DNA of 63,216 nucleotides, filler included, from Pelomyxa schiedti (GCA_020536535.1; 15 parts of 15 records of this genome joined end to end with filler, not necessarily neighbours in it); one strand, 5' to 3'. Shown: positions 47,741 through 60,620, counted from the whole stretch's first letter. Notes: a model not told the origin generated them from the letters alone. A program made the numbers and translations.

Positions 47741-50732
47741 TCATTTGTGTCGCAAGACAGTTTTATTAAACTGTTTACACCCGCAAAGCGTGGTGCGGTC
47801 TCTGGCAAATATTCCTTTGCTTGGTGGCCGTTTTTGAAAAACAAAAAAAAAACGTATCTACAGCTATTCACCTGAGGATGAGGACAACAGTTTGGAGTAT
47901 GGCACCCAAGGCCAGTGCCTGTGCAGCCTTAATTTGCCTGAAACTGTTGTTGTGGTGGATGAGGATAGAAAGATAATGATGATGACGATGAAGGAACAAT
48001 GTGAGTGTATTCGGGGTTGTGTGTTCGAACGGTGATGTGAGGGGACCAACGAGGACATCACCGTCCTCGTAACAGACCATCGCTGTATGCACGAATGTGA
48101 GAAAAACGGGAAGAGGGAAAATCTTATGATTTATATCAGATTTCCGCTACCTATATTATTAGATTATTTGGTCGCGGAATTTAGAGAAAATTCTCTTTAG
48201 AATCTAGAGAAGGTAGAACTTCCACTCACCAAAGCTCCAAACATCGGACTTGATTCCGCACTTGGAAGTAGCAAGCACTTCCGGAGCATAAATGTTGATG
48301 TTTGAGAAGGTTGTTTGTACACTCAGAGATGTTCCGGAATACAAGGTCTGCGATAACCCAAAATCGGCGACCTAAGTAATGTATGTTACTTAGGCAGTTG
48401 ATTATACCAGAGTCAGGAATGGAAGGAAGCAGTGAACTGAAAGCTGTGGTTGGTGATGGAGTTTGTACTCAAGGTTACATTGATCGCACCAGATATTACA
48501 CTTCAGCACTTGCCAATTATTTGGGCTCTCTGGAACTTCCTTGGGAACCTCTGTTTGCATGCAAATTCTGATGACGTGGCTTTCACTATCATGAGTAATT
48601 AACAACTGTGCACTAGAAGAAGACCCTTGTTGAAGTGAGCTCCTTACCAATAAACCAGCTTTCCAGATATAACTGGAATAACCTGCAGGATTTGAAGGAT
48701 CATAGTCATCATCCGTGAGAAAAAGCCACAAGGTAAAAAGTCAAATTTAATAGCCCGGCCGTTGAAGGTCAGAGGAGAACCTCCAGTATTCCAAAAGTCA
48801 TTAAGGGCCATCCGATTTTCCGCAGTATCTGGCAGATCATCAGGGAGAAGGGAGGGGGTCAAGAGGCGGCCATCTGGCATCCTGCTTACAATCTCAAACC
48901 GTTCCATGAGCTCAACAAGGGTTCTGTGTACCACTGGGAACTTTGAGAAGGCATTGGAAATGCGGTTGTCCTCCAGGAATCCATCAAAAATCCATCGGGA
49001 GTTGCCGGCAATGGAGATGAGAGAGGTCATCAGCTTTGAGAGCCATGCCGGCTTCAAAATGACTAGTTCCTCCAGGGTTAGGCCTTTTTTGGTTGATGTC
49101 ATGCCCGATTCAAGGCTTCAGAACTAGAACTCAGAGAAGTTCTTCCTCTTCCTTTTTGAGGTCGGAAGTGAATGATAGCCCCACAGTAGGCCAAAAAATC
49201 AGAGCACATGTGAACCTCAAGAGCTTATCATGGTAGTAATTCAAAATTGTAAGATACTCCAGTGTTGTTTGACTTTAGTGCTTCGAGCAGCAATGTCTCA
49301 TCATCGATCATTCCCCCTTTATTGTTTATTCAATAAGGTGGTACCTCCATTAGGCAATAACGAACATACAATCCAGTGCTAACTTCCGCAGAGAGGAATT
49401 CCTTTTCAGCTTTGATGTGAAATAGTGGAAGCTTTCCTTTTCCTTCTTAAACGCTGAAGAACTAGGCAGCATGTAATCACAGATTTCAAGCGAGATGATG
49501 GATTCCAGCACTCTGAAGACCCATTTGTCAAAGCCCCATGGAAGTGATTCTGTGGAGGAGTTAGTAAATAATAACAATTAAGCGGTAAGAAAAGATACAC
49601 AGTTTTAAGACTCAATTTGAAGTTGTGTGTGTACCGGATGCCCTCTGAAAGGTTTCTAATGGCAACTTTGCTTATCGGAATGCCTGAGAGAACCGTAAGT
49701 ATTTACTGTAGATAGTGCTAGAGTTACCAAATAACTCCAAACTGAGGTAGTCCAATTAAGAAAGAGGATTTGTCAAAAGAGAGAGAGAGAGAGTATTATT
49801 AATATTTATGTTCACACCAACATCGGTATCGATGGCGATTGTTTCCCCCTTTTTAATGAAATGGTTTCTATTTCCATATGAAAGAAATGGCTTTCCCATC
49901 CGGTGATTGTGAATCCCAACATCAGAAGAGCTCAGTTTCTTGTTCTCAGCAGTCTTCCCTTGGTGAGCAAGAAAATACATCTCAAATATAATGAGAGGTG
50001 CCAGGTCTTCCTCCTTGCTCGGACACCACATTATGAAGTTGGATGCATTGTACTACGAGAAATCATCAGTGGGGAGATAAACTTGGCCTGGGGAGGTGAG
50101 AAATACCGTTAGTGCCATTCCAAGCCCTTCAAACACATGCAATGGCTCTCCATTTTCATCTGGGAGGGCTTTAGAATAGCAGAGGAGCGCCTGTAGTATG
50201 GGTGCCATCTCCAGAAGTAGTGGCGCAACCGTAAATGCAGTCCAGGTATTGAGGTATCATATTCAAGAAATTCCTGTTGAGGCATAGTACATAACAACAA
50301 CAGGTCTGCCAGTTCCCCGCCATTTCCACAGAAACCCTACAAACCCATTCCAATTTTAGTCCCAAAACAAGAACAGAAGATTTTCCCTCTTCCCGTTTTT
50401 CTCACATTCGTGCATACAGCGATGGTCTGTTACGAGGACGGTGTTGTCCTCGTTGATCCCCTCACATCACCGTTCGAACACACACCCCGAATACACTCAC
50501 ATTGTTCCTTCATCATCATCATTATCTTTCTATCCTCATCCACCACAACAACAGTTTCAGGCAAATTAAGGCCGCACAGGCATTATCTTTCTGTCCTCAT
50601 CCTCAGGTGAAGTAGATACGTTTTTTTTTTGTTTTTCAAAAACGGCCACCAAGCAAAGGAATATTTGCCAGAGACCGCACCACGCTTTGCGGGTGTAAAC
50701 AGTTTAATAAAACTGTCTTGCGACACAAATGA
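47741..50732. mobile_element. Element with long imperfect inverted repeats (47741-48125 / 50377-50732) enclosing a gene fragment
   Basis: The two contig ends are reverse complements over ~360-385 nt, with several indels. Confidence 0.6.
48225..49620 (-). pseudogene. Roco-family fragment (COR domain plus kinase subdomains VII-IX), frameshifted and internally deleted
   Basis: COR-like: LVILKPAWLSKLMTSLI, LMERFEI, PSLLP, FDFLPCGFFSR. Kinase: VADFGLS..YAPEV..KSDVWSFG. Confidence 0.75.
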
Positions 50733-50832
50733 NNNNNNNNNNNNNNNNNNNNNNNNNNNNNNNNNNNNNNNNNNNNTTAATTAATTAANNNNNNNNNNNN
50801 NNNNNNNNNNNNNNNNNNNNNNNNNNNNNNNN

Positions 50833-52195
50833 TGAGTGTTACCTTGGTTGAAACCCACTTTGCGAGTGCGGAACCATTCCTTTTTGATGTGGAACATGCT
50901 GATGCAAACGTTGCTGGTGTTGGAATGCAATGCCTCTCATTCACAAGCCACTCCGCAAGAGATACATTGCCCAGGTTTTTGCAAGAATCATTGAACGCCT
51001 CTTCAGTTGGATCTTCCACTGAATTTGACAGAGCCCACTTCACAAATTCCACTTTCTTTGCTTGTTGAATAATCTCAATAACTCCACCTTCCATTATCTC
51101 ATCTTCCAGCCATTTACAATCTTCCAAAGTTGAGTGCTTGTTTCCCACCAATTGAAGAAGCAGACCGAACCTGCCAATTGGCATGTGTACTTCTTCACAC
51201 CACTTGATGTTGCTGGGACACTTTCCAATTGCGCATCGATCAACTAATTCAGGGAGGGCAAATTCTGGGAAATCGTTCACCAGGTCAAATTCCCCAGGCA
51301 ACCACTTGAAAGATTCAATGTTTCCGCAATAGAAAACATACAGCAAGGAAGTATACAACGCCCATGGAACATCATCCCGCCAGATTTTCAATGCAGACAG
51401 CAACCACTTCACTTCATCCACATTTACAGACCCACATGCAATCATTAAAAAATGAAGAGCACAATCTGAGCTTTTCACATACTCTCTCACCTTCTCCCTC
51501 AACAACCTCGCATTTTCAACGTTGTTCCCACCTCGGGTTTCAGGAACACCACTACCACCACAGAAGCTCCAACCTTTCACAAAACGCCCACTCCACAACA
51601 CTGGCAATGTCCCAGCAGCGGACGCACAGGTACAATCACCAATCTCAGTTCCATCACCAATCATCCTGTGCGCAAGTTCCACATGGCCACCAGCACACAG
51701 CCCAATCAACACCGCTGTCATCTCCTTGATAACAGCTGTGCTTATTCTCTGAACGTCAGTAGCAGCAGGACTGGAAGAAGATGTAGAAGAACGAGGAATT
51801 TCCGAAGTTGCGGCCCCGACATCCAACACTTTGAACTTGTGCCTGTGTTCTATGAGCCATACAACACACGAGGCACTGGGAACCGCGGCCGCACTTGCAA
51901 TTACTTCATATGACCGAAACTGAAAGCCATCCCCGTCGTGCATCGACATTAACCTCGCGCAAACCAGTCCCACAAGTGGGAACATGGCCTCCGCGACGCC
52001 GAGCAGGGTCACCGCCATTGGGCACACGCCTTTGTTGTTGACAGAGATTTCGGGAGGGTCGAGCCATCCCGGCGACACGACGCAGTCCCACACAAGCCGC
52101 GAAACCCTCAGTGTCCATTCAACCATCGCTGCCGTCTTCGTGGTTGTTGGTTGCGACATCGGGGGTGCGGTTAATGATGGTGGGACGACACACAA
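50833..52195 (-). CDS. Family Y ankyrin-like repeat protein, 3'-partial
   Basis: Motifs VSRLVWDCVV, AEAMFPLV, GLCAGGHVELA and repeated ..VKW/AEWL units. Confidence 0.75.
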
Positions 52196-52228
52196 ATTTG
52201 ATTTCGTGGAACCTTGTACAACTCTACC

Positions 52229-52958
52229 CTAGTACTCTAACCGCCACCACCCCGTCGTCTGCCCAGGCGAGCCATCACATCTCCCATCACTAACAACCTT
52301 GGTTTTTTTTTTTTGTTGGGGTGGTATGTTAAAAACGATCTCCCAAGGGTGGTGAGGAGGGTCGTGGTGCTGTTGTGGTTGTGGTAGTGGTCCACGGGGC
52401 TTCTTTTGTGAGAGTAGAGAGTGAAGAATGAGAGAAAGAGAGCAAGAGAACGAGATCAAGGGGAAGTACAGCCTTACATTGCACTCTGTTCGGCAAAAAA
52501 AAAAAAAATTGACAGTCTGTCACAGTCAATCGCACAACCACTCTGCAAGATTTTACACACTCCCTTTTTATCCCTTTACACAACAACAACGAGAACAAAC
52601 AAGAGAACCCTTTATTCTCTTCACTCTCACTCGTTTTCTTCCTCTGTGGGACTTATTCTCGAGCCCAGAAGCTAACAGCACCTGTAGTTTCCATACTGAC
52701 TGATCCTGTGTGTATACTAGTGTTTGGATTACATTCTTACATCGTACTCTAACCTCAACCTGTGCACAAGTTCCACTCAGATAACAGCTGTGCTTATTCT
52801 CTGAACAGTAGCAGCACTCCCCGTCATGGACCATGGGTGAGTTCCATTGTTCACAACAATATTCTGGCACCAACCACCAATGAACCGCCACCACGCCATC
52901 ATCTGGTGCCGCGCGAGCCGTCGCATCCTAACAACCTTGGTAGATTGGTGGTGGCGTC
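52229..52958 (-). pseudogene. Deleted duplicate: remnant of a family Y gene plus the 3' end of a family X gene
   Basis: 52760-52815 matches 51665-51765; 52290-52400 matches 52930-53015 (APRPSS..PLGDRF*). Confidence 0.6.
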
Positions 52959-54311
52959 TTAAAAACGATCTCCTAAGGGAGGCCAGTGTGGGGAGGAGGG
53001 ACGTGGTGCCGTTGTGCCTTTTGTGTTGGGGGGCACATTATTGGTGCGTGTAATTGCAAACAGAACTGTGCCTGTCCCGACATCCTGGAAATTATGTCTC
53101 ACAGTGCGGGCATCATCACTGGCGAATACAACCAAGCCTAAGTGAAGATACAACATTGCAGCATGCGTTTGCAGGCACAGGGGCTCACTCAAGTTTGAGG
53201 TGGAGTAAACCTCAGAACCCCTGCTTGTCCTGCTGACAAGGACGCCACTCCTCACCTTTGTTCGTGCAAGTACATGTGCTGGTTGTACGAAATGCAAACT
53301 TGAGTATTTTGGCTCTGGGAATAGTACTGTCCCACCTGCCACGTGGCCATTTACAACAGGTTGCAGCACGAAGCCAGTTTTTGACCAGTAGAGAAGGAGG
53401 AATTCGTCATGGGACACCCACTGGAAGTCAACAACTCTTGTATGTGGGATAACAATGCTTCTGGTTATAGCCAGACGCCCACCCACACAGCTTTCCTGCA
53501 GGTCAACGAACAGCAGCTCGGTGGTGTCTGATGTCACAATGGTAGCAACAACCAGTTCGTCGCCATGGTGGCTGTTGCATCCCAGAGGGTTGAACCTCAC
53601 GCGAACCGAGAAGGCGCTGGGGCCAAACCCCCAGGACTTACAGTGACCAACAGGAAGGCCGCCGTCAAGCCTCCACACCAGCAGGTATTGACAGTTTTTG
53701 CACAGGACCAGCCACTTGCCATTGGACTCAAAGTCAAATAGAGACACAGACCATCGCAACTCAGATGTCGCCACCATCATCCTGCCACTGTCCTCAGCCA
53801 TTGCAAAAAGAGGCTGGCCTTCAACAACCACACTGGACCTGTCAAACGAGGCGAGCCACCTCCCGCAGCCAAGGTAGCACCCAATGTGCACACTGTTGGA
53901 GCACGGCGACGCCGAGCCAAAGTCCGAGCCACCAAACACGTGCACGCGGTGCCACACCACCCCAAGCGTGGGTGACAGCCCAACAAAGACGACGAGGCAG
54001 CAGTCACCACACTGGAGTGGGTCGCTGCCACATACACTGAAGCCAATGGCTCGCCGATGCTGCTGCTGCTGCCACGTCTCTGCTGGAACAACCCACTTGG
54101 TCCCAATGTGGCTCACCAACACGTGAGTGGCGTTGGACAGGAGCCTGACCGGGGAGAGGGGCCAGACGCGGGTTGTGCCATCGCCAGCAACACCAACACC
54201 ACCACGACCGCAACGTGGGATCATGGCACCGCATGCCAACGCAACGAACTGCGACCGTGCGTCCAACACCCGTTCGATTTTGAACGGTCCACTGGTGCAG
54301 TGTTGGTCCAT
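52959..54311 (-). CDS. Family X hypothetical protein (450 aa)
   Basis: Motifs LDARSQFVALAC..PRCG..SPVRLL, GLSPTLGVVW, NGKWLV and FVDL. Confidence 0.8.
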   Translation of the reverse strand: MDQHCTSGPFKIERVLDARSQFVALACGAMIPRCGRGGVGVAGDGTTRVWPLSPVRLLSNATHVLVSHIGTKWVVPAETWQQQQHRRAIGFSVCGSDPLQCGDCCLVVFVGLSPTLGVVWHRVHVFGGSDFGSASPCSNSVHIGCYLGCGRWLASFDRSSVVVEGQPLFAMAEDSGRMMVATSELRWSVSLFDFESNGKWLVLCKNCQYLLVWRLDGGLPVGHCKSWGFGPSAFSVRVRFNPLGCNSHHGDELVVATIVTSDTTELLFVDLQESCVGGRLAITRSIVIPHTRVVDFQWVSHDEFLLLYWSKTGFVLQPVVNGHVAGGTVLFPEPKYSSLHFVQPAHVLARTKVRSGVLVSRTSRGSEVYSTSNLSEPLCLQTHAAMLYLHLGLVVFASDDARTVRHNFQDVGTGTVLFAITRTNNVPPNTKGTTAPRPSSPHWPPLGDRF

Positions 54312-56073
54312 AACGTTTGTCTCTGCTGTTTTTTTCGCGGGGAGTTGGTATTACCAATTATTAAAAATGTAGTGCCGTCTGGTGGTCTGTGGTGACTTGG
54401 CGTAACGCGCAAGTTGGTGACTCGTTTTTTTTTAAGTTATTTCGTTTTTGTTTTCTTACTCGCCCATCACACAGGTGAGGGTTTTTGACCCAAAAAAGCC
54501 TCAAGTTCACTACTATACAAGCCTCAATATTTATTATAATTATTAATAATAATAATAAATATATTAAAATAATATTTAGGTCGACAACCCTGTACAGTCC
54601 ACTAAAAAGTAAAATTCCCTTTTATCACCCAACAACAACAGGACTGTGGATGCCAGAAGGTTCCGAACAGAGTGAATTCTCAAACCACTTCGCCCCACTC
54701 CACTGGCTTCACTCACTGTCACTCACCCACNNNNNNNNNNNNNNNNNNNNNNNNNNNNNNNNNNNNNNNNNNNNTTAATTAATTAANNNNNNNNNNNNNN
54801 NNNNNNNNNNNNNNNNNNNNNNNNNNNNNNGACTGGGCCACCCTCCTGGCTGACCTGTGCTTTTTTCTTTTCTGCTTTCTTTTCTTGTTTTTTCTCCCAT
54901 AGTCTAAGGCCAAGCTTTGTTGCTGGTGGATTCTGATCACCACTGGAGCCAGAACTAGAGCCACGTTAGAGAAAGAGAAGCTTCCAGCGCAATTGACCTA
55001 GAACTGGAATCTTGGATTTGCTTGGAGCTGCGGCGTGAGCTGTGACTTGAACTTACAGCCTCTTCACGCACGCTATCAGCCTTTTTGGTCAACTTTTGAT
55101 GCGTCGGTCGATGTGTTTTTTCGCGTCGTGTTGTAGTAGTTGTTGTAGTCGTAGAAGTAGTCGACGTAGTTATTTCTGACGATGATGACGTTTGGCTACT
55201 AGACATTGTCGAGATTGCGTGCCGTATTCTATCTGTATTTTTAAAATGCTGTACAAAAAAAAAATAGAGAGTAAACTGCACCCTTGTCGGTGCCGTAGAC
55301 TCTAAATTGTGCATCGAGTTTAAGTGACCTCTTTTTAATCTTCTTCTAGTTACTGGTTTAAGTCTCCGAGCCGGACATGCTCATCATCGTTGATTTGCCT
55401 ATTGAAGGGGTGGAAAGAAAACTGAATTCAGTTTTTTTCTTAGAAAGACCGTTTGACAAAGAAAACCATGTTGTTGCCAATGTCCCCTTCTGCCTGAGTA
55501 AATAATTCAAGTATCTGGTTACGAAAGGGGTTTTTTGACAGTAACCTTTTGTCTGACATCTGGCCTTTGTCTCAAGAAGGACCTACTGGTTCTGAGATCT
55601 CGTCTGTGCATCTTGTAGAGTGATCTACACTCAACGAGGTGGGCACATTCCCAATGAACACAGTAACCGTGGGACTTCACATCATGAGGGTTTTCCAGAA
55701 GATGAAGTGTCAGCAAATTGAATTATTTACTCATGCCAAGGTGCCTCCCCTTTTTTCCACAAAATTGAATTGTTGTATTGTTCTTTTTACCAACGATGCA
55801 AAGGTGTTTTCAGACACAAACGAGGCAAGGGTAAAATTATTTGTGTGGAAGTCATAACAGGAAGTTCATTACTACTTAGGCCCGGGTGATACAGCCATGG
55901 TTTTGTCTACTCACCTTCAGCAAAGACCTGCCCTAGTAAAGTGAAATGCAACTCACTCAAAGCAGCAATGTCANNNNNNNNNNNNNNNNNNNNNNNNNNN
56001 NNNNNNNNNNNNNNNNNTTAATTAATTAANNNNNNNNNNNNNNNNNNNNNNNNNNNNNNNNNNNNNNNNNNNN

Positions 56074-57039
56074 ACCCTCGGTGTTGTCAGCTGGTCCCTG
56101 TTCAAGTCCGACATGTGCACAGTTTACGGCTGCGTGGGACCCAACTCGGTGCTGTGTTCCCACATCCGGGCCGGTGTGAGATGGACCGGAGATTTGAGAA
56201 TCGTGAGGGTTGGAGATGATGGTGGTGTCAAAGAGGAAAGAGAAAGAACGGGAAAGGGGAGAGCTGCGGCGAGCGTCATCGACGACTGCGCCGAGCCGTC
56301 GGAGGACGGGATGGTGGTGTGGTCGTCCAAGTGCACGTTCCCGAGGCTGCCATCGGTGAGGTGCAGCAGGAGGTGGGTCGTGGTGTATTTCCCAAGCAAC
56401 GATGAGCTGTGGATTTGGAATGTCGCTGGACACCACGGGACTCCTGTCGAGAGGCAGGTGAAGCTGCGGGGTTTCGAGCTGAAACCGCTGAATGTGTGCT
56501 TCTCACCACGGAGCGGCGATGTTCTCGTCATGTTTCCCTCTGCTGGTAGTTTTGTGGTTTTTGTTGATTTGTGTGCCACCTACGAATCAAGCTCGTTGGT
56601 GGTCACGTCAAAGCTCGTCTGTGGTGAAGAGTGGCCTGTGGGTGTGATGTGGATGCCTGATGGCTCAATGAGTTCCTTGCATTTCCGTTCCCCCGCAACG
56701 CCTTCGTTCCAGCTTGTGAATGCAGAGCCGAATCACACGAGGTTCTTGTTTCCAGATGGGCTCAACATAACACCAATCAGCGAACACCAGGTTTTTGCTA
56801 TGCCAAGGCTGATAGGATCTCCCATTCAGTTCAGTGTTTATCACACCAGGAACCACACGCCCATTCTTTGTGTACCTTGTGTGTGGGCATCGCTGTGCAC
56901 TCAGTCGTCATCAGGCCTTGTTGTTTCAACACAGGATAATTTCTATTCTGACACTCCACCTCACGTGTTCTCAGTGCACGATTGTGTGTCTTGTGTGCAC
57001 CTTGGTTGTTTCTCTCTGCCTGCCCATCTCTTTCTCTGA
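56074..57039 (+). CDS. Family X protein, 5'-partial
   Basis: SRRWVV, WIW, FSP..D.LV, VFVDL and a C-terminal D...G..L pattern shared with other members. Confidence 0.65.
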   Translation, partial: TLGVVSWSLFKSDMCTVYGCVGPNSVLCSHIRAGVRWTGDLRIVRVGDDGGVKEERERTGKGRAAASVIDDCAEPSEDGMVVWSSKCTFPRLPSVRCSRRWVVVYFPSNDELWIWNVAGHHGTPVERQVKLRGFELKPLNVCFSPRSGDVLVMFPSAGSFVVFVDLCATYESSSLVVTSKLVCGEEWPVGVMWMPDGSMSSLHFRSPATPSFQLVNAEPNHTRFLFPDGLNITPISEHQVFAMPRLIGSPIQFSVYHTRNHTPILCVPCVWASLCTQSSSGLVVSTQDNFYSDTPPHVFSVHDCVSCVHLGCFSLPAHLFL

Positions 57040-57193
57040 AAAAAACCATTGATCCACGTGCCTTCATTCTGGGTGAAAAAAATTCAATTCCCTGCCCCCA
57101 GGGAATTCATGGTGTCACATGCCAAATGAGGGTAGTAACGTGCTTCTTGACAATCTTCTTATTATCCATAATTATTATTACTCTCTGAGAGCT

Positions 57194-58285
57194 ATGTCAA
57201 CAACAAAGACACAACATTCAACAAGATCTTGCGCTGGCCTCAGCAGTACCTCAAGACACACTGTAATTAGGGTGTGTTTTTCCCCTCTCTCCTGCTTTTT
57301 CCTTGCGTACCACAAAAACCAGAGAGATGAGGGACGGCGATTGGTTGGCATCTCGCGAATGGTGTGGGAGCACGTCGTGGCGCCGAGGTGGATAACGACG
57401 ACGAGGGGAGACAACCAACACAAGCTGACGATGAAGAGGTGCGTGAAAATCATGACGGTGGCTGAGGCTCTGTTCCCGTTGGTTGCAAAGGCTTGCGCGG
57501 TGGTGCTAGACACGAGGGACGTCACTACTGGTGTGGACGACAACGGGGCACAGGACATCTGGCAGGAGGGCAGGTGCCAAGTGAAGTACAGGTCATCGTA
57601 CTTTGCAGTGGAGTGTGCAGCCATCGTTGGGGTGCAGAAGGGTGACGGTGGTGCCAGTGGTTGTTGGTGCCCATCGAGGTGTTTGCATTGGATTCTTTCA
57701 CACAAGAAGTCAAGGAACATCGAAAAAGAGAGCATGGCTGTGCTTTGGGGCCTGTGCTCCAGCAACAACCTACTTGCTGCTCAACAATTGGTGCTCAATC
57801 CAGGACAATCACTTCATGCAGGCACTGCTGGAACTCGTTGGGCATGGGATGATGAGGTGAGGGATAGCCTGAGGTGGGACTACAATTCCAATGTGCTATC
57901 GACTCTCCTGAGCTGCGTGTGCAGGGCAGGCCACTTGGACGTTGCCAAATGGATTGTTACGAGGTTTGAAGTGGGAGAGTGGGGGATTTGCTGGGCATTC
58001 CTGGCTGCAATAAGGGGCAGCCACATTGCTGTTGCCAAGTGGCTTGTTGGGCAGTTCGACCTTGGTGTTGCATCAAAAGTTTGGAAACCATTCCCTGCAA
58101 ACATCCTGGCAGCCCAAAGTGGAAATCTTGATGTGATGAGGTGGTGCACAGGGACGCTTCCAAAGGACAATACACCCCCAATGGCATTAGCTACTTACTT
58201 CTTGGCAAGTGGCAACACAGTTGAGCACAAGATTGAAGGTTGCAAGTGGATTTCTGCACAGTGGCCATCAAAAATGAATTGGAAC
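57194..58285 (+). CDS. Family Y ankyrin-like repeat protein, 3'-partial
   Basis: Motifs ISRMVWEHVV, AEALFPLV.AC, WGLC and CRAGHLDVAKW. The start and a possible early intron are uncertain. Confidence 0.75.
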
Positions 58286-58395
58286 NNNNNNNNNNNNNNN
58301 NNNNNNNNNNNNNNNNNNNNNNNNNNNNNTTAATTAATTAANNNNNNNNNNNNNNNNNNNNNNNNNNNNNNNNNNNNNNNNNNNNGCCAAAGTTT

Positions 58396-59528
58396 TTAAC
58401 TCAAAGGCATGCCAAGCCACAACTTGACTGAAGCTTCAAAGGGGTTTCTGGATTGTGCCACCACGTGATCGCGGAATTCGTCAATTGTGAGGCCAAAGGA
58501 TTTGATTGTGTGGATTGCAACGTGTGGTGAACGTGACACCAGTGGCATCAAGTGCTTGCGTATCAGTGCACCATCAATTGCAGGACCATAGTGATCCACA
58601 ATCATGTGCCAACCTGTGAGATCGATGCTGTCCTCACGCAGGCTTCCCAATTGAGCCATGTCCACAATCTGTTGTTTAATATTTTACATGGTGGTATGTT
58701 TGTAGTATTTGGAGACATACATCAGACAAAGGGATGTCGAAACGATTGAGAAGCCACTGCACACAACGGTTCTTCCGACCTGATAATAGGTTGAAAAACA
58801 GACAGTTGTGGTTGGCCTTGATTTGACTGTATTGCAGGTTGAATTTCTGAATCACCCACTTGACTTCTTTGCTGGAGTATGGATGGAATGACTCTGATGT
58901 CAGGCAGTGCCCAATGAACTCTGGTGTCAAAACTGCCGAACGAGCACCGGAACACAGGTGCTGGAATCCTTTTATGTGACATTTAAGGAGTTCAGACACA
59001 AGCTTCTCGAACTGTGCTTGGTCAAGGAGCGGTTCAACTGCAGGGAAGGTCTCCAACAGCAGTGCCACTGAATTCACACGACAATAAAGGGCTTGTGAAA
59101 TGGCCTTGTGAATGCAACTCATGCTTATCCCTGAATGATCCGGTGCTGAGAGGTGCTGAAGGAACCACTCCAATCCCACAACTCTGTCTTTGTAATCACT
59201 ACGCTCTGCGCAGACCTCAACCAAACAGTTTTCAGCAACCTCTGTGTTTGAGTTGACAACATCCATCACGTGGAAGGTCTCATCCAACCACTCTGCAACT
59301 TCAATGTTGCTGGAGCTGAGTGCAGACACAAGTGATTTGATTATGTCACTTTGTGAGAGTGAAACCCGCAGAGACAACCACCTTGCAAGTGTGGCTCCTT
59401 TTTTCCTTGATGTTGAACATGCTGACGCAAAGGTTGCTGCTGTTGGTGTGAAATTGTGCTCTGTGACAAGCCACTGAGCGAGTTCTGCATCTCCAGTATT
59501 TTTGCAGACACGGTTGAACTCCTCCTCA
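58396..59528 (-). CDS. Family Y protein, C-terminal part (frame break near 58700)
   Basis: TAATFASACSTSRKKGATLARW aligns with the end of the 50833 paralogue; KEVKWVI and VQWLL units. Confidence 0.65.
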
Positions 59529-59628
59529 NNNNNNNNNNNNNNNNNNNNNNNNNNNNNNNNNNNNNNNNNNNNTTAATTAATTAANNNNNNNNNNNNNNNN
59601 NNNNNNNNNNNNNNNNNNNNNNNNNNNN

Positions 59629-59812
59629 CGCTGCCGTGCCCACCGAGCCAACTTGGTGCCCTGGCCTTGCCTCCCGCCGCCGAGTCGCTTCGTGCCGACG
59701 ACCCCGCCCCGCCGCCGCCTCCTCCTGGTGGCTCGTCCTCCGACTCCACCCCTTCGTCGTCTCCCGGCGCGAACGCCCCCACGGGACACCCAGTCATCAC
59801 CCCCGTCTTCAT
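59629..59812 (-). CDS. Hypothetical Gly-rich protein, N-terminal fragment
   Basis: GC-rich ORF from MKTGVM to the contig end. Confidence 0.35.
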
Positions 59813-59949
59813 TTTCTGTAATTGAGGGGTTTTAGGAAAGCTCAAAAAAAGACAGGTTGAACCAGAAAATTCTTTGGAAACAACACTTGTCACAGTCCTG
59901 GAGGCAGGAGAGCTGGGGTGTAGTAGGGTCAGGGAGGGGACTCCCGTGC

Positions 59950-60620
59950 GAGTTTGAGGTGTACATCTTAAAGAACCTCTTGAACGGAACGGGCGGGCGG
60001 CGGTGCCCATGATGTGTTATGGTGATGTAGTGCATACCGGCGCCGAACAACAAACAGCGCTCAGCGTAGTCAAAACACCACTCGGTAAGTGGAGCCCAGA
60101 GTTTACGTGTTCTGGATGGGCGGGTTCGCACAACCAGCTACCCGGCCTTGTGGAGAAAGGTACCAAAAACCTACAAGTTTTAAACGGAGGAACGAGATGC
60201 AATAAAGTCGTTAAGTTACATCATCCGTGAAAAGGGTAGTCTATTGTGCACAAGCTTTGTGAGGTCGTCCGTGCTTGCTTCCATATTTCCATTCCAACTT
60301 TTACAGAGTTAGTCCATCACATAAGGAAATAAGTATCTCTACTTTCTCGTCTTACCTTGCTCAGGGTGTCATTCCACCATACTTTCATAAAAATTACAAG
60401 ACAAGCTTTTTACACGACATACAAACTGGATTGGCTTGAAGGGGATGGGGGAGAATCAGGAATGCTTCACGTCAGGGGGGGAGGGGAGGCACACCATTGG
60501 TTTCAACATCTACGCAAGGCGCACAAGCGATCCCATCATTCGGAGATATGCGCTGGCTTTGGAAGGGGAAAAACTCGAGCGTTCGCGCTCCAAGTCTGTG
60601 CGACCACCTAGTTTCGATAA
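59950..60620 (-). mobile_element. Decayed tyrosine recombinase (DIRS/Ngaro-type)
   Basis: LGARTLE, HLPSGVLTTL and LFGAGM..ITHHGHRR..FKRFF occur in the order of the R...HxxR...H/W...Y motifs, with frameshifts. Confidence 0.45.

Noticed and set aside
54831-55973. Gag-like ORF of a retroelement
   Set aside because: It is an S/T/R-rich stretch with stops and no diagnostic motif.
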